Source of the DNA: a virus
Length of the DNA: 64,000 nt
IMG/VR virus record: IMGVR_UViG_3300013126_000010
Span: 120,708-184,707 of that record
Reading direction: 5' to 3' (one strand)
In this document: positions 26,803 to 37,989 of the stretch, one piece after another
Layout of the letters: every line of letters starts with the position of its first letter
Position numbering within the stretch: position 1 is the stretch's first letter
Translations under genes and position numbers: made by a program
The notes under the pieces: generated by a model
Database searches by the model: none
Told to the model about the DNA's origin: nothing
What the model saw: the letters and a program-made list of their open reading frames with translations, nothing else

Positions 26803-27214
26803 TTTCCATTGCATTCCTTAATTGTTCGAATGGTATCAACTCTTGATATCCATCTAATATCAAATTTACATAATCGATTGATGGTTTAGAATTTAACATT
26901 GAATGTCTAGATTCATCTGTCATCGTGTATACATAACAGTCCATCGATGATTCATCGTTTAATTTAATAGATTCAACTACTCTATCATAATAAAATGGAT
27001 AACCTTCTATTCGATCAGTCATTGATAATATATCATCATTAATTTCCCATACTAATCCATATGTAAAAGTATTATTACATTTTATGACATTAGCATGGGT
27101 CAATAATTCAAACTTATAATTGTTCAATACTCCTGGACCAATTAATTTGGCTTGGTATCCAATATGCGATCTATTGGTCAATAATCCATAAGTGAACAAG
27201 AATAAAGTTTTCAT
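26777..27214 (-). CDS. gamma-glutamylcyclotransferase (AIG2-like)
   Basis: LFTYGLL, GLVWEI, DRIEGYP..Y motifs. Confidence 0.82.
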   Translation of the reverse strand: MKTLFLFTYGLLTNRSHIGYQAKLIGPGVLNNYKFELLTHANVIKCNNTFTYGLVWEINDDILSMTDRIEGYPFYYDRVVESIKLNDESSMDCYVYTMTDESRHSMLNSKPSIDYVNLILDGYQELIPFEQLRNAMENADTRIIS

Positions 27215-27660
27215 AGCAATTTCAAATGTTTAGTAATTGGATCAATATTTTCTGGATAGTCTGGTCCTAATGCGAGACATGTTAACGTTGGAACACCATT
27301 AAATTCAGTCAAACCAGCGTCCTTGATTAATTTTACATTTACACCATTTCTGATGGCTAGATCATATATACCCAATAATTCTTCTTCACTGTCAACACTA
27401 ACGCATATTTTCGTGAATCTTCCCTGTAACCATTCTTTAACTGCTGGTTTTTCAACATTTATTTTAATTTCACCTTCAAACATTGCGCTAGAAAGATTTA
27501 ATATTGCACCTAATGATGCGTGGCATGCTTGTGCTACCAGTTTACCAGTTCTAACTTTCTCACCTTTTGTATTTCTTAAATCTTTTCTAATTACAATTAC
27601 TTGTTTTGGTTCGTTATTAGCCATATTAAATAGATTGTTCAAATTTTGGTTGTGGAACAA
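27211..27660 (-). CDS. pth2: peptidyl-tRNA hydrolase, Pth2 family
   Basis: KQVIVIRKDL, GKLVAQACHAS, KICVSV, IKDAGLTEF, TCLALGP. Confidence 0.92.
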   Translation of the reverse strand: MFHNQNLNNLFNMANNEPKQVIVIRKDLRNTKGEKVRTGKLVAQACHASLGAILNLSSAMFEGEIKINVEKPAVKEWLQGRFTKICVSVDSEEELLGIYDLAIRNGVNVKLIKDAGLTEFNGVPTLTCLALGPDYPENIDPITKHLKLL

Positions 27661-27782
27661 ATAATGGTTTCACAGGTTCTATTATTTTTAGTTCTGGTTC
27701 ATTTTGTTGTTTTTTATACTCATCATCATAATGATTTTTGATTGCTGCCATTATGATTATTAATATTGAGTATAATAATATT

Positions 27783-28286
27783 TTATTTAAAGTCTCTTTC
27801 ATATTTATTAATAGAATTTTCTATTATCTCCGCAAAGAGAGTATTTAGTGTTATATCCCGTTTATGAGCCTCAATCATTAATGGATAGAGGACATCATCT
27901 GGCAAATCTAATGGCACAGTAACTCTCGGATCATATTTTAATCCTTTTGACACCAATGATACTTTTTCCAATATGTCTTCTACCATTTCGATATTAATGA
28001 TTTTAATTTCTTCAGATTCATTACATTTAGTTGCGATAGCTTCATCGGCATATTTAGTACTATATTCTGGATCTGTCCATCTATACATTACCGAGGTGGT
28101 ACCATCATATAATTCAACATTATAAACTTGTAACGTATTTGTATCATAAATTGCTGATGCAGAAATGGTTAAGTCATCTGATGTATAATCAACAAATCTA
28201 GCATTATTACCGAAACATTGCCATAAAAATTTACTACCTTCACAGATCTGATAGTTGATGGCTTTTAAGAATTCATCTAATTTCAT
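27783..28286 (-). CDS. hypothetical protein
   Basis: C-terminal AHKRDITLN ribbon-helix-helix-like segment. Confidence 0.6.
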   Translation of the reverse strand: MKLDEFLKAINYQICEGSKFLWQCFGNNARFVDYTSDDLTISASAIYDTNTLQVYNVELYDGTTSVMYRWTDPEYSTKYADEAIATKCNESEEIKIINIEMVEDILEKVSLVSKGLKYDPRVTVPLDLPDDVLYPLMIEAHKRDITLNTLFAEIIENSINKYERDFK

Positions 28287-28474
28287 GCGATACCACCATG
28301 AAGATCATACCAAAATGTTAATTCTGATTGTTCAGAGCATTTCTTCAACTCAGTGAACTTTTCAGGTGATACCGATACATTGACCGAATGTTTAGTTTGA
28401 AATGCTATATCAGTAGTAATGATATAAGTTGAGTCTTCTCGTTTTAGTATTTTACAATTAAGCATATAAACCAC
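28283..28474 (-). CDS. hypothetical protein
   Basis: coupled small ORF. Confidence 0.45.
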   Translation of the reverse strand: MVYMLNCKILKREDSTYIITTDIAFQTKHSVNVSVSPEKFTELKKCSEQSELTFWYDLHGGIA

Positions 28475-28627
28475 ACTGGGTTAGAGTTAAGATAGCTTAA
28501 TTATATCATGTGTCTTCGAAAGTGTCAAGGAAATCACATTTAATACCAGTCCAATTGATAGGACTAACAATAACCCAGTAAATAATTGTACAACTTTGAT
28601 AATCATGTGATTTCCTCAGATATTATG

Positions 28628-29008
28628 TTAATCTAAAACTCGGTGCTGACGGTTGCGCATACAGTTTCTAAAGATTCTTTTATAGGTTTCATCAGCTTGG
28701 AATCCACCTTTTGCAGCTCCACCAATGCCTCCAATTGCGCCACCAGCCGCCGCACCCACAGCAGGGTTACCAAAGATAGCTCCCATAGCTGCACCGGTTG
28801 CACCACCTATTAATGCGCCTGTACCACCTTGTATTAATGTGTCTTTACCAACACTAGCATTTTGTTTTGCAATTATTTCGCATTCTTGTGCATCTTGTTG
28901 TAAAAATGGTGCGCGATTATCACCATAGGTGTCAATCACTGGACGGTATCCAGATGTTTGAGCACAGCCGGTTAATAGTATAAAAAATAATGTGTATCTG
29001 TATTTCAT
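28628..29008 (-). CDS. glycine-zipper lipoprotein
   Basis: lipobox LTGC; GALIGGATGAAMG..GAAAGGAIGG zipper. Confidence 0.8.
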   Translation of the reverse strand: MKYRYTLFFILLTGCAQTSGYRPVIDTYGDNRAPFLQQDAQECEIIAKQNASVGKDTLIQGGTGALIGGATGAAMGAIFGNPAVGAAAGGAIGGIGGAAKGGFQADETYKRIFRNCMRNRQHRVLD

Positions 29009-29011
29009 GTT

Positions 29012-30769
29012 TTAAATTTCCTGTAAAATGTATGTAGATTTATTTACTCCACCATAGGTAATACGACCAGATGAATTTTGGTTAATGTACCATGACCCCG
29101 CTGCACTTATTCCAACTCTCATAGAATAAGTGGTAGATGCAGTAGTAGATGGCGAGTCAACAAATTGCACTGATGTGCTTCTTGGTTGAACTGTTGAACT
29201 AAAATATATGGCATATGCTTGTATGCAAGTAGTTCCTCTGAATAATGCAACTGTTATTGTTCTAGATGATTGTCCAGAATCTAATGTAAACTGGGTTGAT
29301 ATTGATACTTTAGATGACGTAGTGCTAGGTGTTATATTGGCAGACCATATTTGAGACCCTTCTGTACTTAATGGAGTAGTTGTATCTGCTGGTATTATAG
29401 TAGTTCCAGTCGATGATGCAAATGATCCTGTAATAATTTGATTAGAACTATCAGAACCACTTATAACCAATCCTTTATCATTGACAGTAACACTATGATA
29501 TGTCCCAGCAGTCACCCCACTATTTGCCAATGTTAATACAATAGATGTTGATCCTGTACCTGATGCATCACCAGATATAGTGATTGATTGATTATTTAAC
29601 AAATAATTATTAACATCTATTGATGCAACACCATTATTTAATTTGATAAATCCAGATGTGGTTGTTTGTAATGAACTTATGCTATTTAAATTAGAATTTA
29701 TCGGTTGTGCATCTGTGATTCCATATCCACTAATTGTAGTAGGTTTTCCTGATATATTATTCCATGATGGTGATATACTTACTGGATTACCCAACGCTGT
29801 TATTCTTCCTTTACTATCAACTGTAAATGGTGTAATAGTATCATAATTATTATACGTTCCAGCAGTAACACCAGTATTAGATAATGTTAAACTTATATTT
29901 GTAGTACCAGTACCAATAGCATCACCGGATATACTAATAGATTGGTTGGATGTTAAATAAGATGCTTGATCTAATGATGCAACCCCGTTATTTAATTTTA
30001 TAGTTCCAACAGTATTGGTACTTAATCCACTAATTGATGTTAAAATTGAATTTATAGTTTGTGCATCAGTAATGCCATATCCAGATAATGTAGTTGGATT
30101 CGAACCAGAAATAACTCTACCATAAGAATCAACTGTTATTGCTTGGTACGTACCGGCTGTTATACCAGTTGATACTAAATTTATTGTTGGATTACCAGAT
30201 ACACAGTCTCCATTTGTGACAACTATATTACCAGATGTTCCAGTAATAGTCCTTATAACCCAACTACCATTTGATACTCTAGCACTTATACCGGTAGATG
30301 ATAATCCAGCAATGGCTGATAAATCAGAATCCAATGACTGTGCGTCTATTATACCATACCCTAATAATGTATTAGGTTTATTGGAAACATTGCTCCATGG
30401 TGTTGGTATGTTTGGAACTTCTGTATTTTTTACATAGCCTTTTTCAGATACCTTTTGTTCTACGTCATCTTCAGAAATGTATCTCTTAGATGATAATTTA
30501 CTGTCAACATCAGAATCTTTTACATATCCTTTTGTTGTTAATTTGGTATCGATTTCTGATTCTTTTACGTATCCTTTTGTTGTTAATTTAGTTTCAACAT
30601 CAGTATCCGTTATGTATCCTTTTTCTAACAGTTTTTGTTCTAACGAGGTATGGTTTACAACATCTTTTTGGGTTAAAATAGCATCTATGTCATTTTCGTT
30701 AATAACAGCGTGACCATTCTGCAGTAATCCAGGCACGGTAATATTTGAATAAAATTTAATATCTGGCAT
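29012..30769 (-). CDS. tail fibre-like protein
   Basis: PTTLSGYGITDA and SGVTAGTY..VTV..KG repeats; five 15-aa KGY repeats near the N-terminus. Confidence 0.75.
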   Translation of the reverse strand: MPDIKFYSNITVPGLLQNGHAVINENDIDAILTQKDVVNHTSLEQKLLEKGYITDTDVETKLTTKGYVKESEIDTKLTTKGYVKDSDVDSKLSSKRYISEDDVEQKVSEKGYVKNTEVPNIPTPWSNVSNKPNTLLGYGIIDAQSLDSDLSAIAGLSSTGISARVSNGSWVIRTITGTSGNIVVTNGDCVSGNPTINLVSTGITAGTYQAITVDSYGRVISGSNPTTLSGYGITDAQTINSILTSISGLSTNTVGTIKLNNGVASLDQASYLTSNQSISISGDAIGTGTTNISLTLSNTGVTAGTYNNYDTITPFTVDSKGRITALGNPVSISPSWNNISGKPTTISGYGITDAQPINSNLNSISSLQTTTSGFIKLNNGVASIDVNNYLLNNQSITISGDASGTGSTSIVLTLANSGVTAGTYHSVTVNDKGLVISGSDSSNQIITGSFASSTGTTIIPADTTTPLSTEGSQIWSANITPSTTSSKVSISTQFTLDSGQSSRTITVALFRGTTCIQAYAIYFSSTVQPRSTSVQFVDSPSTTASTTYSMRVGISAAGSWYINQNSSGRITYGGVNKSTYILQEI

Positions 30770-30820
30770 AGTAGTTATAGTTCCATTATAACTAGTATTT
30801 ATCTATTATTTAAAAATAAA

Positions 30821-30845
30821 AAAGGGCAGTATTACCTGCCCTTTT
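30821..30845 (-). terminator. intrinsic terminator
   Basis: AAGGGCAG/CTGCCCTT hairpin followed by a U-tract on the minus strand. Confidence 0.7.
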
Positions 30846-30868
30846 AAATAACCTATTTAGTTACTTAA

Positions 30869-31690
30869 TTATTTATTTTTCAATCGTGCCATTCTTTCAG
30901 ACAATGACTCAGTTGATGCTGGTGAAGTGTTACTGCTCGTGTATTTACCAATGATAGTATCAGTAGCATCAACCGGTTTTTTCAATGACTCAGCTTTCAC
31001 TTTGTAATTAGCGGCTTCGATACATTGCTCTTCTGCTTTATTTTTCAAGGCATTGATTGCAACGTCAAATTTATTTCCATTTTTACGTAGCCCAGCTACA
31101 ATTTCAGCTTGCTCTGCACGTTTACGGTTTCGTTCAGTTTCCAATTCAGCTTTTTCGATGTCACGTTTTGCGTCATCAACGGTTTTGCGTAGATTCATCA
31201 AATCTGCTGAAATTTCATCAACCGCAATTTTAAGTTCATCCATCCAGGCTTTTGCTTCTTTAGCTTCTTCCTGTTCTTTTTCTAAGATGGGTGCACGTTT
31301 TTCAACTGCATCCAACAATTTACCAAGATCAACTGTTAGTTCTGATTCATTAACTGAAGCGATAATAGCCGCTGCAGCTTGATTGTTTGGATCAGTAGAA
31401 ATATCAGCTTTAGCTTTTTCCAGGTTTTCCAACAATTGCTGGATTGTTTCAGCTTCTGTCATGAAACGATTGTATGTTTCTTGTTCAGCATCTGCTTCTG
31501 CTTGTTCTTTTTCATAATCACGAACTGCATCATTATACATTTTGATTCGTTCATTGTGTTCTGAAATTTTTTGTCGTATTGCTGTTTCTGCAACACCTTC
31601 CTTATCAACTGTTGCGGCCAAGTCAATAAGACTTGATTCAATACTTTCTGATTTAACAATAAGAAAGTGTTTAAAAAAATTTAAAGACAT
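30869..31690 (-). CDS. long coiled-coil, PspA/IM30-like protein
   Basis: entirely helical heptad composition; C-terminal SLSERMARLK. Confidence 0.55.
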   Translation of the reverse strand: MSLNFFKHFLIVKSESIESSLIDLAATVDKEGVAETAIRQKISEHNERIKMYNDAVRDYEKEQAEADAEQETYNRFMTEAETIQQLLENLEKAKADISTDPNNQAAAAIIASVNESELTVDLGKLLDAVEKRAPILEKEQEEAKEAKAWMDELKIAVDEISADLMNLRKTVDDAKRDIEKAELETERNRKRAEQAEIVAGLRKNGNKFDVAINALKNKAEEQCIEAANYKVKAESLKKPVDATDTIIGKYTSSNTSPASTESLSERMARLKNK

Positions 31691-31747
31691 TGTTTTTCCT
31701 CTTATAAAATAATAAATACATTGTAATTATATCATCTAGCACAAGAA

Positions 31748-32446
31748 ATGTCAAGACAATATTTAATATATAAATTTACCAGCCCATCTAATAAATCATA
31801 TATAGGTAGAACATATGATTTACAGAAGCGAATCAGAGAACACTCTGGTAAATCATCAGGTTGCCCATTATTATGCAATGCTATCCAAAAATACGGGATA
31901 GATAACTTTAAAATTGAAATCATCGAACAAGGCATGTCGTTAGATGAAGCCAATGCAAAAGAGGTTGAAATAATAAATGAGCATAATACATTACACCCAA
32001 ATGGGTATAATATTCAACTTGGTGGTACATTTCATAATCAAACAGAATTCATGAAATCAAAGATTTCACAAACTATGAAATCAAAACCATCTCACCCATC
32101 AGGATATAAATTGAGTGAAGAAACAAAATTAAAAATGTCAGCATCGAAGAAAGGGAAGCCACCAAATAACAAGGGGAAGATATGCAAAAATAAAGGTGTA
32201 CCTCTATCAGATGAACGAAAATTACACCAATCACAGTGTATGCGATCTAAAATGACAACGGAAAAAAGAAAAAATAATTCTTTTGCACAACTTGGTAAAA
32301 CATTATCTAACGACCACAAGCAAAAAATTTCAAATTCAATGACTGGAATTATACGCCCAATAGTAATTTGCCCACATTGCGGTAAGAGTGGTTCGCACAA
32401 TAATATGATAAGATACCATTTTAATAATTGTAAATTAATTCAATGA
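31748..32446 (+). mobile_element. GIY-YIG homing endonuclease, inserted in opposite orientation
   Basis: YLIYKFTSPSNKSYIGRT; NUMOD3 repeats (SEETKLKMSASKKG); preceded by ATAAATA. Confidence 0.88.
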
Positions 32447-32455
32447 CATATTTAT

Positions 32456-32689
32456 TTACCTTTGGTTAGTTTTGTGTTTAAAAATTGTGTTTAAGTCGTT
32501 ATATATTTCAATAGAACATTTAGATGTTATCGAAAATGATGTTCCATCTTTAAAGAACCATATTGTTATATTGTTACTGGTATAATCATATCCAATAGAA
32601 TACACTTCATAGTTTTTTATATCAAACCAAAAACCATGCGGTTGTGCTGATTTTTTAGGTTTAGAAAAAGGGAGGTCTATGCCTATCAT
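32456..32689 (-). CDS. hypothetical protein
   Basis: ORF in operon. Confidence 0.5.
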   Translation of the reverse strand: MIGIDLPFSKPKKSAQPHGFWFDIKNYEVYSIGYDYTSNNITIWFFKDGTSFSITSKCSIEIYNDLNTIFKHKTNQR

Positions 32690-32697
32690 ATACTTTA

Positions 32698-33222
32698 TTA
32701 GTTAATTAATGATAATTCTATTATAACACCTGCCCAACATTTTTGCAACATGTTTTTATCAACTTCTACAAAAAGATATTCAGATGTTGTAGTTGATAGT
32801 TCACGCTCATAAATCTTTAGTAGACTGCGTTTTTCATTTATTTCCATCAATTCAGTAACCGCATTATAAGAATTGTTCCCTAACTGGATTGAATCATTTA
32901 TCACATCTTCACGTTTACTAACATCAATCAATGTCATGAAATACAGTATTTTATTGGTATCATCATATAGGAACTTTGATTTATCATCCGTTAAAATGAT
33001 ATCTTCAAATGTGTCAATACCATTAAGTCTCCATTCAACGACATCATTAGTTGTGACCACCATAGAAGTTGGAAATTTTACAACCGATCCTTTAACTAGT
33101 ATGTTCACAGTATCATCGAATGTTACAGGATTACCTACTTTAAATTTTGATGGTAAGAACTTACTAGACTTGGCGATATCTTTATTACCACCAAGTTTGT
33201 TTTTTAGATAACCAAATATCAT
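32698..33222 (-). CDS. hypothetical protein, possibly YjfK/DUF2491-like
   Basis: beta-rich; terminal YERE..EYL.VE..G..I pattern; PspA-like neighbour. Confidence 0.4.
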   Translation of the reverse strand: MIFGYLKNKLGGNKDIAKSSKFLPSKFKVGNPVTFDDTVNILVKGSVVKFPTSMVVTTNDVVEWRLNGIDTFEDIILTDDKSKFLYDDTNKILYFMTLIDVSKREDVINDSIQLGNNSYNAVTELMEINEKRSLLKIYERELSTTTSEYLFVEVDKNMLQKCWAGVIIELSLIN

Positions 33223-34676
33223 TGTAGTTCCTTTTTCAAAAAGTTTTTATTCAGTTCAATAATATCATATAATACTATTGGGTTATTTTGAGACCATGAT
33301 GATGTAGTTACAAGAACTGGTGGCACTGACAATACTGGAGTACCTTTATTCCAAAATGCGGCCCATGATTTATACTTATCTTGAGTAAGATTTTTATACA
33401 CATCATTCAATGCATTATCGTCGATGTATGAACGAACATAACCATTAACAACATCAGTATCAAATGCAACGAAATATGCGGATTTAGTTTCTGCCATTTG
33501 TCTCACGAACGGTGCATCAAATGTATCCACAGTGAACAAGCATGAGTTTTTGTTATCTTTTTCAGACACTATATTTGCAGCGGCAATCACTGGTTTGGTA
33601 TCATCAACTTTAGTTTTACCGAAACCACCTACTTTTTTGATTACCAGTTCATCATATGTATAATGGCTACCTGATTGATCATTACCAATATAAATGGTAT
33701 GTTTATCTGATAGATCAGCAACTGTTTTAACGTCACTACCATCATTACAAATTAACATTGTTTGTTCTGGTTTGTCAAGACTGAATACCTTTACCAGATC
33801 ATTAGAAGCACTCATTGCATCTTCTTGAGTAAATGCCATATCACATTCACCTCTGGCAAGTTTAGTCAGATTATCTAAACTACCATTTGAATACACATTC
33901 TTGATTTTTAGTTTAGTGGCAGTAGCTAATTGGGTAGCAAATCTACTGTAATCAGATGTTACCGTACCTGTACAAATTTTTATTTCACCGATGTCATCAT
34001 ATTTGATATTATCTGATAAGTAAATACCAGGATCAACACCTTCTGTAATATAGGTGCTATCTTGTTTGACACCAGATGCTTTTAATGATGCAACTTCTTT
34101 ATCAAGATCTTTTAACTTATTACAAACTTCTTGATTTCCTTGTGCACACAATTGATTAGCATCAGACCGCCATGATTGAAATGATGGTTCGTTCATGTGA
34201 TGATAATACATATTATGATCACTAATTGACGATAGCATCGACCACATCATAACAGCATCCCATGCCCCATAATTGGAATGTTGTACAATAATCGGTTGCG
34301 CATATGATGGTGTTCTATAATTAGAATAGAATGTATTTCTACGTTCTGTTCGATATGATTTATTGAACATTGAATTGATATCACTTGCAACTACACGTTT
34401 TGATGGTGATGTATTAGCTGCTTTAAATGATTCGAACAATTTGGTTGGTTTTGTCGATGGTGATGAACTTGAGCTACCAAATTTAAATGCTGTTGAAGTT
34501 TTGGCAATGGAGTTAGAAAATGGTTTACTGGTAGAACCTGTACTAAATGATTTAGAACTGGAACTAAAAGATCTAGAACCAAAACTAGAAGCCCTACCAC
34601 CACTACTACCTTTAGCAAAAGAATCCAGTGACATCAGTACCAAAAGTACTGATAGTATTACAATAATTTTTTTCAT
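33219..34676 (-). CDS. exported protein with Ser-rich N-terminus and TAXI-type solute-binding-like domain
   Basis: signal peptide; CTG..TSDY, NGSLDNL..L..G..DMAFTQ.D, IYIGNDQSGS motifs. Confidence 0.55.
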   Translation of the reverse strand: MKKIIVILSVLLVLMSLDSFAKGSSGGRASSFGSRSFSSSSKSFSTGSTSKPFSNSIAKTSTAFKFGSSSSSPSTKPTKLFESFKAANTSPSKRVVASDINSMFNKSYRTERRNTFYSNYRTPSYAQPIIVQHSNYGAWDAVMMWSMLSSISDHNMYYHHMNEPSFQSWRSDANQLCAQGNQEVCNKLKDLDKEVASLKASGVKQDSTYITEGVDPGIYLSDNIKYDDIGEIKICTGTVTSDYSRFATQLATATKLKIKNVYSNGSLDNLTKLARGECDMAFTQEDAMSASNDLVKVFSLDKPEQTMLICNDGSDVKTVADLSDKHTIYIGNDQSGSHYTYDELVIKKVGGFGKTKVDDTKPVIAAANIVSEKDNKNSCLFTVDTFDAPFVRQMAETKSAYFVAFDTDVVNGYVRSYIDDNALNDVYKNLTQDKYKSWAAFWNKGTPVLSVPPVLVTTSSWSQNNPIVLYDIIELNKNFLKKELQ

Positions 34677-34684
34677 ATTACCTC

Positions 34685-34924
34685 TTATCGAAGTGTATTA
34701 ATGTTGAGATGGTTGGTTTTTTGCGGTATAAGACTAAATTCTACCACTTCTATATCATCTTTACAAGCATCCATTGCATCTTTATTGAAATGCATCACAT
34801 ATTTCATATATCTAGTCACTTGTAATGATGAGCCAAAAATCCTGCCTTCGGCATCAAATTGAAAATCACCATCACCTGAACAAAATAGTCCAGTTTTTGA
34901 ATTCTTAATTTTAATAAACTTCAT
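34685..34924 (-). CDS. hypothetical protein
   Basis: small ORF. Confidence 0.5.
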   Translation of the reverse strand: MKFIKIKNSKTGLFCSGDGDFQFDAEGRIFGSSLQVTRYMKYVMHFNKDAMDACKDDIEVVEFSLIPQKTNHLNINTLR

Positions 34925-34987
34925 AAGTTATCCTAAGTTAATAAACATATCACTATTGTAACATGCGTTTAGCTTTTTTGCAACTCT

Positions 34988-36640
34988 TTATTCCATTTTT
35001 ACTACATCGAACCAATTGAATGGGGGATTTGATGGGAAATGCATCAGGTTTTTTAACTTATCAACTGCAGTGACTTCATTGGTTCCTAATACTACTGCTC
35101 CGGTAGGTGTTAATGATAGTTGCTGTTGGTATTCGGGTTTTGCTTTAATTAAGTATCTGTACTCTTTTTTTGATGCCAGTTCTTTTTTCTCGGCACGTCT
35201 TTGTTGATGTGCTCTGACGAATGATGATAACGCTGATCTAGGAAGGTCACCTGCAGAAAATCTAGCAAAATAGTTAATCACATCATCATCGCCATATTTT
35301 GAGGTTGAAATCATTTTATACAACTTTTTAGCATATTCTTCTTTATAAACATTTGGGTCACATGCAATGGCATATGCCGTTACGAATCGATTAATAGTGT
35401 TTACTAATCTGTCAATATCATATGATAACCAATCATTACCTGCATATCGGAATTCAAGATAATTATCATGTAAATTTAATCCATCATATTTCGCGGTGTA
35501 TCCAGAATGAATAATTTTGGAAGCAGCATTTGATAGATGTTTTTTCATCAATGCAAACATGTTTAATGCTTTCTGTGGTTCAAGACGTATAGCTGATTGG
35601 AATTTTTTAACAACCATCTGACAATAATTATTACCGACCCGCCCAAACTGATCTAGAATATAATTCTCTCCAACAAATAATGCCAATTTTACATAATCAA
35701 GATTTGATTGATCGATATCAGCAAGACTGACATTCATATGCAATCCACACGTGTGATTTGTATAACAACCATATTCACCAGCCCATTGTTTTATTTTTTT
35801 CAAATCTTCTATCATTTGTTGAAGTGGCAATGGTGGACTAATGAATTCAATACCGCTGTCATTGGTGTCATCTGCGGAATCTAGTGATGAATCCGGTTCT
35901 ATAATGTAATGAGTATTGTCACGTGATGCACCATGATAATTTTGATTATATTTTACAGGAGAATCAACAATCTGAGAAAAATCATCTGCCAGTGCTTCCA
36001 GATCACCCTCACCGGCATTATCATAATGCGGCCACGTTAAGTCATACCCCCTGGCAACATCTGACATTTCTCTATATCCTTTTTCTCTGAACCATTCTGC
36101 TTGGTCAGTCCAAAAATTGGATTCAAAGTAATCAGTCTCAAAATCATCTCTATTTTCATCTGTATACTGCTCAAATGCATCAACTGTATAGATGTTTGAT
36201 TCGTCTGACTGTGCAGCTTTAATTTCATCTTCCAAATCTTCGTCATCACCAGTGAAGTTATCACGAACATATTGTTCTATATAATCAGATAAATTTGATA
36301 ACGTCAATTCTTCTGATTGGAATTTTTCATTGGCTTGTTCATATAACCATTCACGATAGTCATTTTCCATTTGTTCTTTTACAGAATCTAAATCATCATT
36401 ATAATTTTCACCATCATTATCATAGAATTCAATAACTTCATCGATTGATTCTGGGGTTGGATCATTATCATAATTTTCTGTATTATACTCACCATTGTCC
36501 AATCCAATATTGGGTACATACATTTCAAACTCTATCCCAGTAATAGCATTCACTGATCCTGCCTTTTTTGCCAACGCTGCAGGTGACATTTTTAGTTCTA
36601 ATAACTGGTCTTCTGTTAGTTTAAATTCTTTTAGTCTCAT
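34988..36640 (-). CDS. putative amidoligase (Amidoligase_2-like)
   Basis: GIEFE, IEPDSSL, GIEFISPP, TNHTCGLHMNVS, KY..LNL, YLEFRY motifs. Confidence 0.8.
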   Translation of the reverse strand: MRLKEFKLTEDQLLELKMSPAALAKKAGSVNAITGIEFEMYVPNIGLDNGEYNTENYDNDPTPESIDEVIEFYDNDGENYNDDLDSVKEQMENDYREWLYEQANEKFQSEELTLSNLSDYIEQYVRDNFTGDDEDLEDEIKAAQSDESNIYTVDAFEQYTDENRDDFETDYFESNFWTDQAEWFREKGYREMSDVARGYDLTWPHYDNAGEGDLEALADDFSQIVDSPVKYNQNYHGASRDNTHYIIEPDSSLDSADDTNDSGIEFISPPLPLQQMIEDLKKIKQWAGEYGCYTNHTCGLHMNVSLADIDQSNLDYVKLALFVGENYILDQFGRVGNNYCQMVVKKFQSAIRLEPQKALNMFALMKKHLSNAASKIIHSGYTAKYDGLNLHDNYLEFRYAGNDWLSYDIDRLVNTINRFVTAYAIACDPNVYKEEYAKKLYKMISTSKYGDDDVINYFARFSAGDLPRSALSSFVRAHQQRRAEKKELASKKEYRYLIKAKPEYQQQLSLTPTGAVVLGTNEVTAVDKLKNLMHFPSNPPFNWFDVVKME

Positions 36641-37939
36641 TTATAATCCTTTAGTTAGAACTGCAGTCCAACTTCCTTCTTCTGATTTTTTCATACTGAT
36701 ACGCTTTTTAATAAAGTAAACCATATCTTCTTTATAATTATCATAATTTGTAAAATATCCTTTACTATTCATATTTTCATCAACACACCCGGCAATGGCG
36801 TATTCCAAGTTCCCCATCATTAACAATTCATCATTATCATTGCTCCATATTTCAGCGCAATCTAAAACTTCATTCAGTGACGGCGACAATACATCTTCAA
36901 ATTTATTTTTTAATTCCCTGGCATAATCGTTGTATGATAACCAATCATCATGATTTTTTTCAACAGCTTCCCAATCAATTTCACCATCATCATCCTGGTA
37001 TCCCTGGTCACGTAAATATTCATAATAACTATCATCATTCATTTCCATATCATTCAATATATCATACACATTTTTCATGGCTTGTTCTTTGATGGAATTT
37101 ACCGCATCCATAATTATTTTAGGCTCCGCGAATATAACAATACCATTGATCGATGGTTCTATATTTCTGAAAACAGTAACTAAATCACCAAAACGATTTT
37201 TCAGGAAGTTCCTGATATCAGGAATCATTGTATCTTCTTCATCCATGAATTGCCCAGATTGAAAATGTAATTGATATTTTTCACCATCGTATTCGGGGTG
37301 TTTTGGTAATAGTATGTATAAATTACCTTGTCTAGAATACTGATCATATCTATTATAATTCTTTGCAGCAGTGCACCATCTTGTGCCACGACCATAGTAA
37401 CATGCCGCCGTTTTGTCTTCTGGTATTAAAATTTTAACAGCATCATTTTCATATACTATTTTTGCATTACCACGATCTTCTGGTTTTTGTGCTATTTCTA
37501 ACTTGTTAACCAATTCAGGTATATGCACTAAATCACCTAGATCAGAAAATGATAATCTATTGATATCTCTATATTCTAATGGTAATAATTTTCTATTTTT
37601 TAATTGATGGAATATCCCCAACCATTCAGAACCATTACTTTGAATTTCTTCTAACTTCGCTTTACCTGCTGCATATACTTTAGCCAACCATCGTGCGTAT
37701 TCTTTGTGGTTAGTGGGATCAGATTCTTCTAGTGCCATTAAAACATGTTCAATAATTATATTTATTGTTTGTTGAGGAACATTTTGCATTCCATAATAAT
37801 GAATATCATGATATCCCTGTGTCAGATATGAATCACTGTGGTAACTATTGTCTTGTTTAAAAGATTGTACAATTTTTAGACCAAAACTTTGGGCGGTCTT
37901 TTGTCTTTTATATTCAATTAAAAATTCTCGTGCTCTCAT
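36641..37939 (-). CDS. conserved jumbo-phage protein of unknown function
   Basis: AACYYGRGTRWCTAA...LYI...KYQLHF motif; MRAREFLIE leader. Confidence 0.7.
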   Translation of the reverse strand: MRAREFLIEYKRQKTAQSFGLKIVQSFKQDNSYHSDSYLTQGYHDIHYYGMQNVPQQTINIIIEHVLMALEESDPTNHKEYARWLAKVYAAGKAKLEEIQSNGSEWLGIFHQLKNRKLLPLEYRDINRLSFSDLGDLVHIPELVNKLEIAQKPEDRGNAKIVYENDAVKILIPEDKTAACYYGRGTRWCTAAKNYNRYDQYSRQGNLYILLPKHPEYDGEKYQLHFQSGQFMDEEDTMIPDIRNFLKNRFGDLVTVFRNIEPSINGIVIFAEPKIIMDAVNSIKEQAMKNVYDILNDMEMNDDSYYEYLRDQGYQDDDGEIDWEAVEKNHDDWLSYNDYARELKNKFEDVLSPSLNEVLDCAEIWSNDNDELLMMGNLEYAIAGCVDENMNSKGYFTNYDNYKEDMVYFIKKRISMKKSEEGSWTAVLTKGL

Positions 37940-37952
37940 TTAACAAAATCTC

Positions 37953-37973
37953 ATAAATACATTATATATTTAT
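37953..37973. promoter_or_regulatory. divergent pair of late-promoter-like ATAAATA motifs
   Basis: ATAAATA on + (37953) and on - (37967-37973) between divergent genes; resembles T4 late TATAAATA. Confidence 0.55.
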
Positions 37974-37989
37974 CACTAGAGGTATTATT

